In this document: piece by piece, positions 35,101 through 50,100 of the stretch
Position numbering within the stretch: the first letter of the stretch is position 1
Layout of the letters: every line of letters begins with the position of its first letter
NCBI GenBank assembly: GCA_046563655.1
Contig: JAJCTO010000010.1
Coordinates: 186,001 to 250,000 of the forward strand
Length of the DNA stretch: 64,000 bases
Direction of reading: 5' to 3'
Origin: Yuukianura sp. NJ FZ-2021
Lineage: Eukaryota
Notes under the pieces: generated by a model
Database searches by the model: none
What the model saw: only the letters and a program-made list of their open reading frames with translations
Told to the model about the DNA's origin: nothing
Program-made: the position numbers and the translations under genes

Positions 35101-38100
35101 AAAGCACTAATATGGCATCTTACAAAAATTAAGCGTCAACTGAACCCAGTGAGATAGATATCGTGACTTGCACGTTCCGAGGTCATTCTGTCAATGAAAG
35201 TTCATATTATTAACAAATGCTACATGAGTCCTCCTGGATGAAGAAAAATTACCTCGAAATAGACTTTTTAACGGAGAAAATTGAAAGCACTAATATGGCA
35301 TCTTACAAAGATTAAGCGTCAACTGAACCCAGTGAGATAGATATCGTGACTTGAACGTTCCGAGGTCATTCTGTCAATTAAAGTTCATATCATTAACAAA
35401 TGCTACATGACTCCTCCTGGATCAAGAAAAATTACCTCGAAATAGATTTTATTAACGGAGAAAATTGAAAGCACTAATATGGCATCTTACAAAAATTAAG
35501 CGTCAACTGAACCCAGTGAGATAGATATCGTGACTTGCACGTTCCGAGGTCATTCTGTCAATGAAAGTTCATATCATTAACAAATGCTACATGAGTCCTC
35601 TTGGATCAAGAAAAATTACCTCGAAATAGACTTTTTTAACAGAGAAAGTTGAAAGCACTAATATCGCAAGTTTCATAAATCAAGCCAGTGATATAGATAT
35701 CGTGACTTGCACGTTCCGAGGTCATTCTGTCAATGAAAGTTCATATTATTAACAAATGCTACATGAGTCCTCCTGGATCAAGAAAAATTACCTCGAAATA
35801 GATTTTATTAACGGATAAAATTGAAAGCACTAATATGGCATCTTACAAAAATTAAGCGTCAACTGAACCCAGTGAGATAGATATCGTGACTTGCACGTTC
35901 CGAGGTCATTCTGTCAATTAAAGTTCATCCCATTAACAAATGCTACATGAGTCCTCTTGGATCAAGAAAAATTACCTCGAAATAGACTTTTTTAACAGAG
36001 AAAGTTGAAAGCACTAATATCGCAAGTTTCATAAATTAAGCCAGTGATATAGATATCGTGACTTGCACGTTCCGAGGTCATTCTGTCAATTAAAGTTCAT
36101 ATTATTAACAAATGCTACATGAGTCCTCCTGGATGAAGAAAAATTACCTCGAAATAGACTTTTTTAACGGAGAAAATTGAAAGCACTAATATGGCATCTT
36201 ACAAAAATTAAGCGTCAACTGAACCCAGTGAGATAGATATCGTGACTTGCACGTTCCGAGGTCATTCTGTCAATTAAAGTTCATATCATTAACAAATGCT
36301 ACATGAGTCCTCCTGGATCAAGAAAAATTACCTCGAAATAGACTTTTTAACGGAGAAAATTGAAAGCACTAATATGGCATCTTACAAAAATTAAGTGTCA
36401 ACTGAACCCAGTGAGATAGATATCGTGACTTGCACGTTCCGAGGTCATTCTGTCAATTAAAGTTCATCCCATTAACAAATGCTACATGAGTCCTCTTGGA
36501 TCAAGAAAAATTACCTCGAAATAGACTTTTTTAACAGAGAAAGTTGAAAGCACTAATATCGCAAGTTTCATAAATTAAGCCAGTGATATAGATATCGTGA
36601 CTTGCACGTTCCGAGGTCATTCTGTCAATGAAAGTTCATATTATTAACAAATGCTACATGAGTCCTCCTGGATGAAGAAAAATTACCTCGAAATAGACTT
36701 TTTAACGGAGAAAATTGAAAGCACTAATATGGCATCTTACAAAGATTAAGCGTCAACTGAACCCAGTGAGATAGATATCGTGACTTGAACGTTCCGAGGT
36801 CATTCTGTCAATTAAAGTTCATATCATTAACAAATGCTACATGAGTCCTCCTGGATCAAGAAAAATTACCTCGAAATAGACTTTTTTAACGGAGAAAATT
36901 GAAAGCACTTATATGGCATCTTACAAAATTTAAGCGTCAACTTAACCCAGTGAGATAGATATCGTGACTTGCACGTTCCGAGGTCATTCTGTCAATGAAA
37001 GTTCATATCATTAACAAATGCTACATGAGTCCTCTTGGATCAAGAAAAATTACCTCGAAATAGACTTTTTTAACGGAGAAAGTTGAAATCACTAATATCG
37101 CAAGTTTCATAAATTAAGCCAGTGATATAGATATCGTGACTTGCACGTTCCGAGGTCATTCTGTCAATGAAAGTTCATATCATTAACAAATGCTACATGA
37201 GTCCTCCTGGATCAAGAAAAATTACCTCGAAATAGATTTTTCTAACGGAGAAAATTGAAAGCACTAATATGGCATCTTACAAAAATTAAGTGTCAACTGA
37301 ACCCAGTGAGATAGATATCGTGACTTGCACGTTCCGAGGTCATTCTGTCAATTAAAGTTCATCCCATTAACAAATGCTACATGAGTCCTCTTGGATCAAG
37401 AAAAATTACCTCGAAATAGACTTTTTAACAGAGAAAGTTGAAAGCACTAATATCGCAAGTTTCATAAATTAAGCCAGTGATATAGATATCGTGACTTGCA
37501 CGTTCCGAGGTCATTCTGTCAATGAAAGTTCATATTATTAACAAATGCTACATGAGTCCTCCTGGATGAAGAAAAATTACCTCGAAATAGACTTTTTTAA
37601 CGGAGAAAATTGAAAGCACTAATATGGCATCTTACAAAGATTAAGCGTCAACTGAACCCAGTGAGATAGATATCGTGACTTGAACGTTCCGAGGTCATTC
37701 TGTCAATTAAAGTTCATATCATTAACAAATGCTACATGACTCCTCCTGGATCAAGAAAAATTACCTCGAAATAGACTTTTTTAACGGAGAAAATTGAAAG
37801 CACTTATATGGCATCTTACAAAATTTAAGCGTCAACTTAACCCAGTGAGATAGATATCGTGACTTGCACGTTCCGAGGTCATTCTGTCAATGAAAGTTCA
37901 TATCATTAACAAATGCTACATGAGTCCTCTTGGATCAAGAAAAATTACCTCGAAATAGACTTTTTTAACGGAGAAAGTTGAAATCACTAATATGGCAAGT
38001 TTCATAAATTAAGCCAGTGATATAGATATCGTGACTTGCACGTTCCGAGGTCATTCTGTCAATGAAAGTTCATATTATTAACAAATGCTACATGAGTCCT

Positions 38101-41100
38101 CCTGGATGAAGAAAAATTACCTCGAAATAGACTTTTTTAACGGAGAAAATTGAAAGCACTAATCTCGCATCTTACAAAAATTAAGCGTCAACTGAACCCA
38201 GTGAGATAGATATCGTGACTTGCACGTTCCGAGGTCATTCTGTCAATTAAAGTTCATATTATTAACAAATGCTACATGAGTCCTCCTGGATGAAGAAAAA
38301 TTACCTCGAAATAGACTTTTTTAACGGAGAAAATTGAAAGCACTAATATGGCATCTTACAAAAATTAAGCGTCAACTGAACCCAGTGAGATAGATATCGT
38401 GACTTGCACGTTCCGAGGTCATTCTGTCAATTAAAGTTCATATCATTAACAAATGCTACATGAGTCCTCCTGGATCAAGAAAAATTACCTCGAAATAGAC
38501 TTTTTAACGGAGAAAATTGAAAGCACTAATATGGCATCTTACAAAAATTAAGTGTCAACTGAACCCAGTGAGATAGATATCGTGACTTGCACGTTCCGAG
38601 GTCATTCTGTCAATTAAAGTTCATCCCATTAACAAATGCTACATGAGTCCTCTTGGATCAAGAAAAATTACCTCGAAATAGACTTTTTTAACAGAGAAAG
38701 TTGAAAGCACTAATATCGCAAGTTTCATAAATTAAGCCAGTGATATAGATATCGTGACTTGCACGTTCCGAGGTCATTCTGTCAATGAAAGTTCATATTA
38801 TTAACAAATGCTACATGAGTCCTCCTGGATGAAGAAAAATTACCTCGAAATAGACTTTTTTAACGGAGAAAATTGAAAGCACTAATATGGCATCTTACAA
38901 AGATTAAGCGTCAACTGAACCCAGTGAGATAGATATCGTGACTTGAACGTTCCGAGGTCATTCTGTCAATTAAAGTTCATATCATTAACAAATGCTACAT
39001 GACTCCTCCTGGATCAAGAAAAATTACCTCGAAATAGATTTTATTAACGGAGAAAATTGAAAGCACTAATATGGCATCTTACAAAAATTAAGCGTCAACT
39101 GAACCCAGTGAGATAGATATCGTGACTTGAACGTTCCGAGGTCATTCTGTCAATTAAAGTTCATATCATTAACAAATGCTACATGACTCCTCCTGGATCA
39201 AGAAAAATTACCTCGAAATAGACTTTTTTAACGGAGAAAATTGAAAGCACTTATATGGCATCTTACAAAATTTAAGCGTCAACTTAACCCAGTGAGATAG
39301 ATATCGTGACTTGCACGTTCCGAGGTCATTCTGTCAATGAAAGTTCATATCATTAACAAATGCTACATGAGTCCTCTTGGATCAAGAAAAATTACCTCGA
39401 AATAGACTTTTTTAACGGAGAAAATTGAAATCACTAATATCGCAAGTTTCATAAATTAAGCCAGTGATATAGATATCGTGACTTGCACGTTCCGAGGTCA
39501 TTCTGTCAATGAAAGTTCATATTATTAACAAATGCTACATGAGTCCTCCTGGATGAAGAAAAATTACCTCGAAATAGACTTTTTTAACGGAGAAAATTGA
39601 AAGCACTAATCTCGCATCTTACAAAAATTAAGCGTCAACTGAACCCAGTGAGATAGATATCGTGACTTGCACGTTCCGCGGTCATTCTGTCAATTAAAGT
39701 TCATATTATTAACAAATGCTACATGAGTCCTCCTGGATGAAGAAAAATTACCTCGAAATAGACTTTTTTAACGGAGAAAATTGAAAGCACTAATATGGCA
39801 TCTTACAAAAATTAAGCGTCAACTGAACCCAGTGAGATAGATATCGTGACTTGCACGTTCCGAGGTCATTCTGTCAATTAAAGTTCATATCATTAACAAA
39901 TGCTACATGAGTCCTCCTGGATCAAGAAAACTTACCTCAAAATAGACTTTTTAATAGAGAAAATTGAAAGCACTAATATGGCATCTTACAAAAATTAAGT
40001 GTCAACTGAACCCAGTGAGATAGATATCGTGACTTGCACGTTCCGAGGTCATTCTGTCAATTAAAGTTCATCCCATTAACAAATGCTACATGAGTCCTCT
40101 TGGATCAAGAAAAATTACCTCGAAATAGACTTTTTTAACAGAGAAAGTTGAAAGCACTAATATCGCAAGTTTCATAAATTAAGCCAGTGATATAGATATC
40201 GTGACTTGCACGTTCCGAGGTCATTCTGTCAATGAAAGTTCATATTATTAACAAATGCTACATGAGTCCTCCTGGATCAAGAAAAATTACCTCGAAATAG
40301 ACTTTTTTAACGGAGAAAATTGAAAGCACTAATATGGCATCTTACAAAGATTAAGCGTCAACTGAACCCAGTGAGATAGATATCGTGACTTGAACGTTCC
40401 GAGGTCATTCTGTCAATTAAAGTTCATATCATTAACAAATGCTACATGACTCCTCCTGGATCAAGAAAAATTACCTCGAAATAGATTTTATTAACGGAGA
40501 AAATTGAAAGCACTAATATGGCATCTTACAAAAATTAAGCGTCAACTGAACCCAGTGAGATAGATATCGTGACTTGCACGTTCCGAGGTCATTCTGTCAA
40601 TGAAAGTTCATATCATTAACAAATGCTACATGAGTCCTCTTGGATCAAGAAAAATTACCTCGAAATAGACTTTTTTAACAGAGAAAGTTGAAAGCACTAA
40701 TATCGCAAGTTTCATAAATCAAGCCAGTGATATAGATATCGTGACTTGCACGTTCCGAGGTCATTCTGTCAATGAAAGTTCATATTATTAACAAATGCTA
40801 CATGAGTCCTCCTGGATCAAGAAAAATTACCTCGAAATAGATTTTATTAACGGAGAAAATTGAAAGCACTAATATGGCATCTTACAAAAATTAAGCGTCA
40901 ACTGAACCCAGTGAGATAGATATCGTGACTTGCACGTTCCGAGGTCATTCTGTCAATTAAAGTTCATATCATTAACAAATGCTACATGAGTCCTCCTGGA
41001 TCAAGAAAAATTACCTCGAAATAGATTTTATTAACGGAGAAAATTGAAAGCACTAATATGGCATCTTACAAAAATTAAGCGTCAACTGAACCCAGTGATA

Positions 41101-44100
41101 TAGATATCGTGACTTGCACGTTCCGAGGTCATTCTGTCAATGAAAGTTCATATTATTAACAAATGCTACATGAGTCCTCCTGGATCAAGAAAAATTACCT
41201 CGAAATAGATTTTTTTAATGGAGAAAATTGAAAGCACTAATATGGCATCTTACAAAAATTAAGTGTCAACTGAACCCAGTGAGATAGATATCGTGACTTG
41301 CACGTTCCGAGGTCATTCTGTCAATTAAAGTTCATCCCATTAACAAATGCTACATGAGTCCTCTTGGATCAAGAAAAATTACCTCGAAATAGACTTTTTT
41401 AACAGAGAAAGTTGAAAGCACTAATATCGCAAGTTTCATAAATTAAGCCAGTGATATAGATATCGTGACTTGCACGTTCCGCGGTCATTCTGTCAATTAA
41501 AGTTCATATTATTAACAAATGCTACATGAGTCCTCCTGGATGAAGAAAAATTACCTCGAAATAGACTTTTTAACGGAGAAAATTGAAAGCACTAATATGG
41601 CATCTTACAAAAATTAAGCGTCAACTGAACCCAGTGAGATAGATATCGTGACTTGCACGTTCCGAGGTCATTCTGTCAATTAAAGTTCATATCATTAACA
41701 AATGCTACATGAGTCCTCCTGGATCAAGAAAAATTACCTCGAAATAGATTTTTTTAACGGAGAAAATTGAAAGCACTAATATGGCATCTTACAAAAATTA
41801 AGTGTCAACTGAACCCAGTGAGATAGATATCGTGACTTGCACGTTCCGAGGTCATTCTGTCAATTAAAGTTCATCCCATTAACAAATGCTACATGAGTCC
41901 TCTTGGATCAAGAAAAATTACCTCGAAATAGACTTTTTTAACAGAGAAAATTGAAAGCACTAATATCGCAAGTTTCATAAATTAAGCCAGTGATATAGAT
42001 ATCGTGACTTGCACGTTCCGAGGTCATTCTGTCAATGAAAGTTCATATTATTAACAAATGCTACATGAGTCCTCCTGGATGAAGAAAAATTACCTCGAAA
42101 TAGACTTTTTTAACGGAGAAAATTGAAAGCACTAATATGGCATCTTACAAAGATTAAGCGTCAACTGAACCCAGTGAGATAGATATCGTGACTTGAACGT
42201 TCCGAGGTCATTCTGTCAATTAAAGTTCATATCATTAACAAATGCTACATGACTCCTCCTGGATCAAGAAAAATTACCTCGAAATAGACTTTTTTTAACG
42301 GAGAAAATTGAAAGCACTAATATGTCATCTTACAAAAATTAAGCGTCAACCGAACACAGTGAGATAGATATAGTGGCTTTCACGTTGCGAGGTCATTCTC
42401 TGAATGAAAGTTCATATCATTAACAAATGCTACATGAGTCCTCCTTGGATCAAGAAAAATTACCTCGAAATAGACTTTTTTAACAGAGAAAAGTTGAAAG
42501 CACTAATATGGCAAGTTTCATAAATCAAGCCAGTGATATAGATATCGTGACTTGCACGTTCCGAGGTCATTCTGTCAATGAAAGTTCATATTATTAACAA
42601 ATGCTATATGAGCCCTCCTGGATCAAGAAAAATTACCTCGAAATAGACTTTTTTTAACGGAGAAAATTGAAAGCACTAATATGGCATCTTACAAAAATTA
42701 AGCGTCAACCGAACCCAGTGAGATAGATATCGTGGCTTTCACGTTCCGAGGTCATTCTGTCAATTAAAGTTCATATCATTAACAAATGCTACATGAGTCC
42801 TCCTGGATCAAGAAAAATTACCTCGAAATAGATTTTATTAACGGAGAAAATTGAAAGCACTAATATGGCATCTTACAAAAATTAAGCGTCAACTGAACCC
42901 AGTGAGATAGATATCGTGACTTGCACGTTCCGAGGTCATTCTGTCAATGAAAGTTCATACCATTAACAAATGCTACATGAGTCCTCTTGGATCAAGAAAA
43001 ATTACCTCGAAATAGACTTTTTTAACAGAGAAAGTTGAAAGCACTAATATCGCAAGTTTCATAAATCAAGCCAGTGATATAGATATCGTGACTTGCACGT
43101 TCCGAGGTCATTCTGTCAATGAAAGTTCATATTATTAACAAATGCTACATGAGTCCTCCTGGATCAAGAAAAATTACCTCGAAATAGATTTTTTAATGGA
43201 GAAAATTGAAAGCACTAATATGGCATCTTACAAAAATTAAGTGTCAACTGAACCCAGTGAGATAGATATCGTGACTTGCACGTTCCGAGGTCATTCTGTC
43301 AATTAAAGTTCATCCCATTAACAAATGCTACATGAGTCCTCTTGGATCAAGAAAAATTACCTCGAAATAGACTTTTTTAACAGAGAAAGTTGAAAGCACT
43401 AATATGGCATCTTACAAAAATTCAGCGTCAACTTAACCCAGTGATATAGATATCGTGACTTGCACGTTCCGAGGTCATTCTGTCAATGAAAGTTCATATC
43501 ATTAACAAATGCTACATGAGTCCTCCTGGATGAAGAAAAATTACCTCGAAATAGACTTTTTTAACTGAGAAAATTGAAAGCACTAATATGGCATCTTACA
43601 AAAATTAAGCGTCAACTTAACCCAGTGAAATAGATATCGTGACTTGCACGTTCCGAGGCCATTCTGTCAATGAAAGTTCATATCATTAACAAATGCTACA
43701 TGAGTCCTCCTGGATCAAGAAAACTTACCTCGAAATAGACTTTTTTAACAGAGAAAATTGAAAGCACTAATATCGCAAGTTTCATAAATCAAGCCAGTGA
43801 TATAGATATCGTGACTTGCACGTTCCGAGGTCATTCTGTCAATGAAAGTTCATATTATTAACAAATGCTACATGAGTCCTCCTGGATCAAGAAAAATTAC
43901 CTCGAAATAGATTTTATTAACGGAGAAAATTGAAAGCACTAATATGGCATCTTACAAAAATTAAGCGTCAACTGAACCCAGTGAGATAGATATCGTGACT
44001 TGCACGTTGCGAGGTCATTCTCTGAATGAAAGTTCACATCATTAACAAATGCTATATGAGCCCTCCTGGATCAAGAAAAATTACCTCGAAATAGACTTTT

Positions 44101-47100
44101 TTTAACGGAGAAAATTGAAAGCACTAATATGTCATCTTACAAAAATTAAGCGTCAACCGAACACAGTGAGATAGATATAGTGGCTTTCACGTTGCGAGGT
44201 CATTCTGTCAATGAAAGTTCATATTATTAACAAATGCTACATGAGTCCTCCTGGATGAAGAAAAATTACCTCGAAATAGACTTTTTAACGGAGAAAATTG
44301 AAAGCACTAATATGGCATCTTACAAAGATTAAGCGTCAACTGAACCCAGTGAGATAGATATCGTGACTTGAACGTTCCGAGGTCATTCTGTCAATTAAAG
44401 TTCATATCATTAACAAATGCTACATGACTCCTCCTGGATCAAGAAAAATTACCTCGAAATAGATTTTATTAACGGAGAAAATTGAAAGCACTAATATGGC
44501 ATCTTACAAAAATTAAGCGTCAACTGAACCCAGTGAGATAGATATCGTGACTTGCACGTTCCGAGGTCATTCTGTCAATGAAAGTTCATATCATTAACAA
44601 ATGCTACATGAGTCCTCTTGGATCAAGAAAAATTACCTCGAAATAGACTTTTTTAACAGAGAAAGTTGAAAGCACTAATATCGCAAGTTTCATAAATCAA
44701 GCCAGTGATATAGATATCGTGACTTGCACGTTCCGAGGTCATTCTGTCAATGAAAGTTCATATTATTAACAAATGCTACATGAGTCCTCCTGGATCAAGA
44801 AAAATTACCTCGAAATAGATTTTATTAACGGATAAAATTGAAAGCACTAATATGGCATCTTACAAAAATTAAGCGTCAACTGAACCCAGTGAGATAGATA
44901 TCGTGACTTGCACGTTCCGAGGTCATTCTGTCAATTAAAGTTCATATCATTAACAAATGCTACATGAGTCCTCTTGGATCAAGAAAAATTACCTCGAAAT
45001 AGACTTTTTAACAGAGAAAGTTGAAAGCACTAATATCGCAAGTTACATAAATTAAGCCAGTGATATAGATATCGTGACTTGCACGTTCCGAGGTCATTCT
45101 GTCAATGAAAGTTCATATTATTAACAAATGCTACATGAGTCCTCCTGGATGAAGAAAAATTACCTCGAAATAGACTTTTTTAACAGAGAAAATTGAAAGC
45201 ACTAATATGGCATCTTACAAAAATTAAGCGTCAACTGAACCCAGTGAGATAGATATCGTGACTTGCACGTTCCGAGGTCATTCTGTCAATGAAAGTTCAT
45301 ACCATTAACAAATGCTACATGAGTCCTCTTGGATCAAGAAAAATTACCTCGAAATAGACTTTTTTAACAGAGAAAGTTGAAAGCACTAATATCGCAAGTT
45401 TCATAAATCAAGCCAGTGATATAGATATCGTGACTTGCACGTTCCGAGGTCATTCTGTCAATGAAAGTTCATATTATTAACAAATGCTACATGAGTCCTC
45501 CTGGATGAAGAAAAATTACCTCGAAATAGACTTTTTTAACAGAGAAAATTGAAAGCACTAATATGGCATCTTACAAAAATTAAGCGTCAACTGAACCCAG
45601 TGAGATAGATATCGTGACTTGCACGTTCCGAGGTCATTCTGTCAATGAAAGTTCATACCATTAACAAATGCTACATGAGTCCTCTTGGATCAAGAAAAAT
45701 TACCTCGAAATAGACTTTTTTAACAGAGAAAGTTGAAAGCACTAATATCGCAAGTTTCATAAATTAAGCCAGTGATATAGATATCGTGACTTGCACGTTC
45801 CGAGGTCATTCTGTCAATGAAAGTTCATATTATTAACAAATGCTACATGAGTCCTCCTGGATGAAGAAAAATTACCTCGAAATAGACTTTTTTAACAGAG
45901 AAAATTGAAAGCACTAATATGGCATCTTACAAAAATTAAGCGTCAACTGAACCCAGTGAGATAGATATCGTGACTTGCACGTTCCGAGGTCATTCTGTCA
46001 ATGAAAGTTCATACCATTAACAAATGCTACATGAGTCCTCTTGGATCAAGAAAAATTACCTCGAAATAGACTTTTTTAACAGGAGAAAGTTGAAAGCACT
46101 AATATGGCAAGTTTCATAAATCAAGCCAGTGATATAGATATCGTGACTTGCACGTTCCGAGGTCATTCTGTCAATGAAAGTTCATATTATTAACAAATGC
46201 TACATGAGTCCTCCTGGATCAAGAAAAATTACCTCGAAATAGATTTTTTTAACGGAGAAAATTGAAAGCACTAATATGGCATCTTACAAAAATTAAGCGT
46301 CAACTGAACCCAGTGAGATAGATATCGTGACTTGCACGTTCCGAGGTCATTCTGTCAATTAAAGTTCATCCCATTAACAAATGCTACATGAGTCCTCCTG
46401 GATCAAGAAAAATTACCTCGAAATAGACTTTTTTAACAGAGAAAGTTGAAAGCACTAATATCGCAAGTCTTCATAAATTAAGCCAGTGATATAGATATCG
46501 TGACTTGCACGTTCCGAGGTCATTCTGTCAATGAAAGTTCATATTATTAACAAATGCTACATGAGTCCTCCTGGATCAAGAAAAATTACCTCGAAATAGA
46601 TTTTATTAACGGAGAAAATTGAAAGCACTAATATGGCATCTTACAAAAATTAAGCGTCAACTGAACCCAGTGAGATAGATATCGTGACTTGCACGTTCCG
46701 AGGTCATTCTGTCAATTAAAGTTCATCCCATTAACAAATGCTACATGAGTCCTCTTGGATCAAGAAAAATTACCTCGAAATAGACTTTTTTAACAGAGAA
46801 GTTGAAAGCACTAATATCGCAAGTTTCATAAATTAAGCCAGTGATATAGATATCGTGACTTGCACGTTCCGAGGTCATTCTGTCAATGAAAGTTCATATT
46901 ATTAACAAATGCTACATGAGTCCTCCTGGATGAAGAAAAATTACCTCGAAATAGACTTTTTTAACAGAGAAAATTGAAAGCACTAATATGGCATCTTACA
47001 AAAATTAAGCGTCAACTGAACCCAGTGAGATAGATATCGTGACTTGCACGTTCCGAGGTCATTCTGTCAATGAAAGTTCATACCATTAACAAATGCTACA

Positions 47101-50100
47101 TGAGTAATCTTGGATCAAGAAAAATTACCTCGAAATAGACTTTTTTAACAGAGAAAGTTGAAAGCACTAATATCGCAAGTTTCATAAATCAAGCCAGTGA
47201 TATAGATATCGTGACTTGCACGTTCCGAGGTCATTCTGTCAATGAAAGTTCATATTATTAACAAATGCTACATGAGTCCTCCTGGATCAAGAAAAATTAC
47301 CTCGAAATAGATTTTTTTAACGGAGAAAATTGAAAGCACTAATATGGCATCTTACAAAAATTAAGTGTCAACTGAACCCAGTGAGATAGATATCGTGACT
47401 TGCACGTTCCGAGGTCATTCTGTCAATTAAAGTTCATCCCATTAACAAATGCTACATGAGTCCTCTTGGATCAAGAAAAATTACCTCGAAATAGACTTTT
47501 TTAACAGAGAAAGTTGAAAGCACTAATATCGCAAGTTTCATAAATTAAGCCAGTGATATAGATATCGTGACTTGCACGTTCCGAGGTCATTCTGTCAATG
47601 AAAGTTCATATTATTAACAAATGCTACATGAGTCCTCCTGGATGAAGAAAAATTACCTCGAAATAGACTTTTTTAACGGAGAAAATTGAAAGCACTAATA
47701 TGGCATCTTACAAAGATTAAGCGTCAACTGAACCCAGTGAGATAGATATCGTGACTTGAACGTTCCGAGGTCATTCTGTCAATTAAAGTTCATATCATTA
47801 ACAAATGCTACATGACTCCTCCTGGATCAAGAAAAATTACCTCGAAATAGATTTTATTAACGGAGAAAATTGAAAGCACTAATATGGCATCTTACAAAAA
47901 TTAAGCGTCAACTGAACCCAGTGAGATAGATATCGTGACTTGCACGTTCCGAGGTCATTCTGTCAATGAAAGTTCATATCATTAACAAATGCTACATGAG
48001 TCCTCTTGGATCAAGAAAAATTACCTCGAAATAGACTTTTTTAACAGAGAAAGTTGAAAGCACTAATATGGCAAGTTTCATAAATCAGGCCAGTGATATA
48101 GATATCGTGACTTGCACGTTCCGAGGTCATTCTGTGAATGAAAGTTCATATTATTAACAAATGCTACATGAGTCCTCCTGGATCAAGAAAAATTACCTCG
48201 AAATAGATTTTATTAACGGAGAAAATTGAAAGCACTAATATGGCATCTTACAAAAATTAAGCGTCAACTGAACCCAGTGAGATAGATATCGTGACTTGCA
48301 CGTTCCGAGGTCATTCTGTCAATTAAAGTTCATATCATTAACAAATGCTACATGAGTCCTCCTGGATCAAGAAAAATTACCTCGAAATAGATTTTATTAA
48401 CGGAGAAAATTGAAAGCACTAATATGGCATCTTACAAAAATTAAGCGTCAACTGAACCCAGTGAGATAGATATCGTGACTTGCACGTTCCGAGGTCATTC
48501 TGTCAATGAAAGTTCATACCATTAACAAATGCTACATGAGTCCTCTTGGATCAAGAAAAATTACCTCGAAATAGACTTTTTTAACAGAGAAAAGTTGAAA
48601 GCACTAATATCGCAAGTTTCATAAATCAAGCCAGTGATATAGATATCGTGACTTGCACGTTCCGAGGTCATTCTGTCAATGAAAGTTCATATTATTAACA
48701 AATGCTACATGAGTCCTCCTGGATGAAGAAAAATTACCTCGAAATAGACTTTTTTAACGGAGAAAATTGAAAGCACTAATATGGCATCTTACAAAGATTA
48801 AGCGTCAACTGAACCCAGTGAGATAGATATCGTGACTTGAACGTTCCGAGGTCATTCTGTCAATTAAAGTTCATATCATTAACAAATGCTACATGAGTCC
48901 TCCTGGATCAAGAAAAATTACCTCGAAATAGATTTTATTAACGGAGAAAATTGAAAGCACTAATATGGCATCTTACAAAAATTAAGCGTCAACTGAACCC
49001 AGTGAGATAGATATCGTGACTTGCACGTTCCGAGGTCATTCTGTCAATGAAAGTTCATATCATTAACAAATGCTACATGAGTCCTCCTTGGATCAAGAAA
49101 AATTACCTCGAAATAGACTTTTTTAACAGAGAAAGTTGAAAGCACTAATATCGCAAGTTTCATAAATCAAGCCAGTGATATAGATATCGTGACTTGCACG
49201 TTCCGAGGTCATTCTGTCAATGAAAGTTCATATTATTAACAAATGCTACATGAGTCCTCCTGGATCAAGAAAAATTACCTCGAAATAGATTTTATTAACG
49301 GAGAAAATTGAAAGCACTAATATGGCATCTTACAAAAATTAAGCGTCAAATGAACCCAGTGAGATAGATATCGTGACTTGCACGTTCCGAGGTCATTCTG
49401 TCAATTAAAGTTCATCCCATTAACAAATGCTACATGAGTCCTCTTGGATCAAGAAAAATTACCTCGAAATAGACTTTTTAACAGAGAAAAGTTGAAAGCA
49501 CTAATATCGCAAGTTTACATAAATCAAGCCAGTGATATAGATATCGTGACTTGCACGTTCCGAGGTCATTCTGTCAATGAAAGTTCATATTATTAACAAA
49601 TGCTACATGAGTCCTCCTGGATGAAGAAAAATTACCTCGAAATAGACTTTTTTAACGGAGAAAATTGAAAGCACTAATATGGCATCTTACAAAAATTAAG
49701 CGTCAACTGAACCCAGTGAGATAGATATCGTGACTTGCACGTTCCGAGGTCATTCTGTCAATGAAAGTTCATATCATTAACAAATGCTACATGAGTCCTC
49801 CTGGATGAAGAAAAATTACCTCGAAATAGACTTTTCAACAGAGAAAATTGAAAGCACTAATATGGCATCTTACAAAAATTAAGCGTCAACTTAACCCAGT
49901 GAGATAGATATCGTGACTTGCACGTTCCGAGGTCATTCTGTCAATGAAAGTTCATATCATTAACAAATGCTACATGAGTCCTCCTGGATGAAGAAAAATT
50001 ACCTCGAAATAGAATTTTTTAGCGGAGAAAATTGAAAGCACTAATATGGCATCTTACAAAAATTAAGCGTCAACTGAACCCAGTGAGATAGATATCGTGA

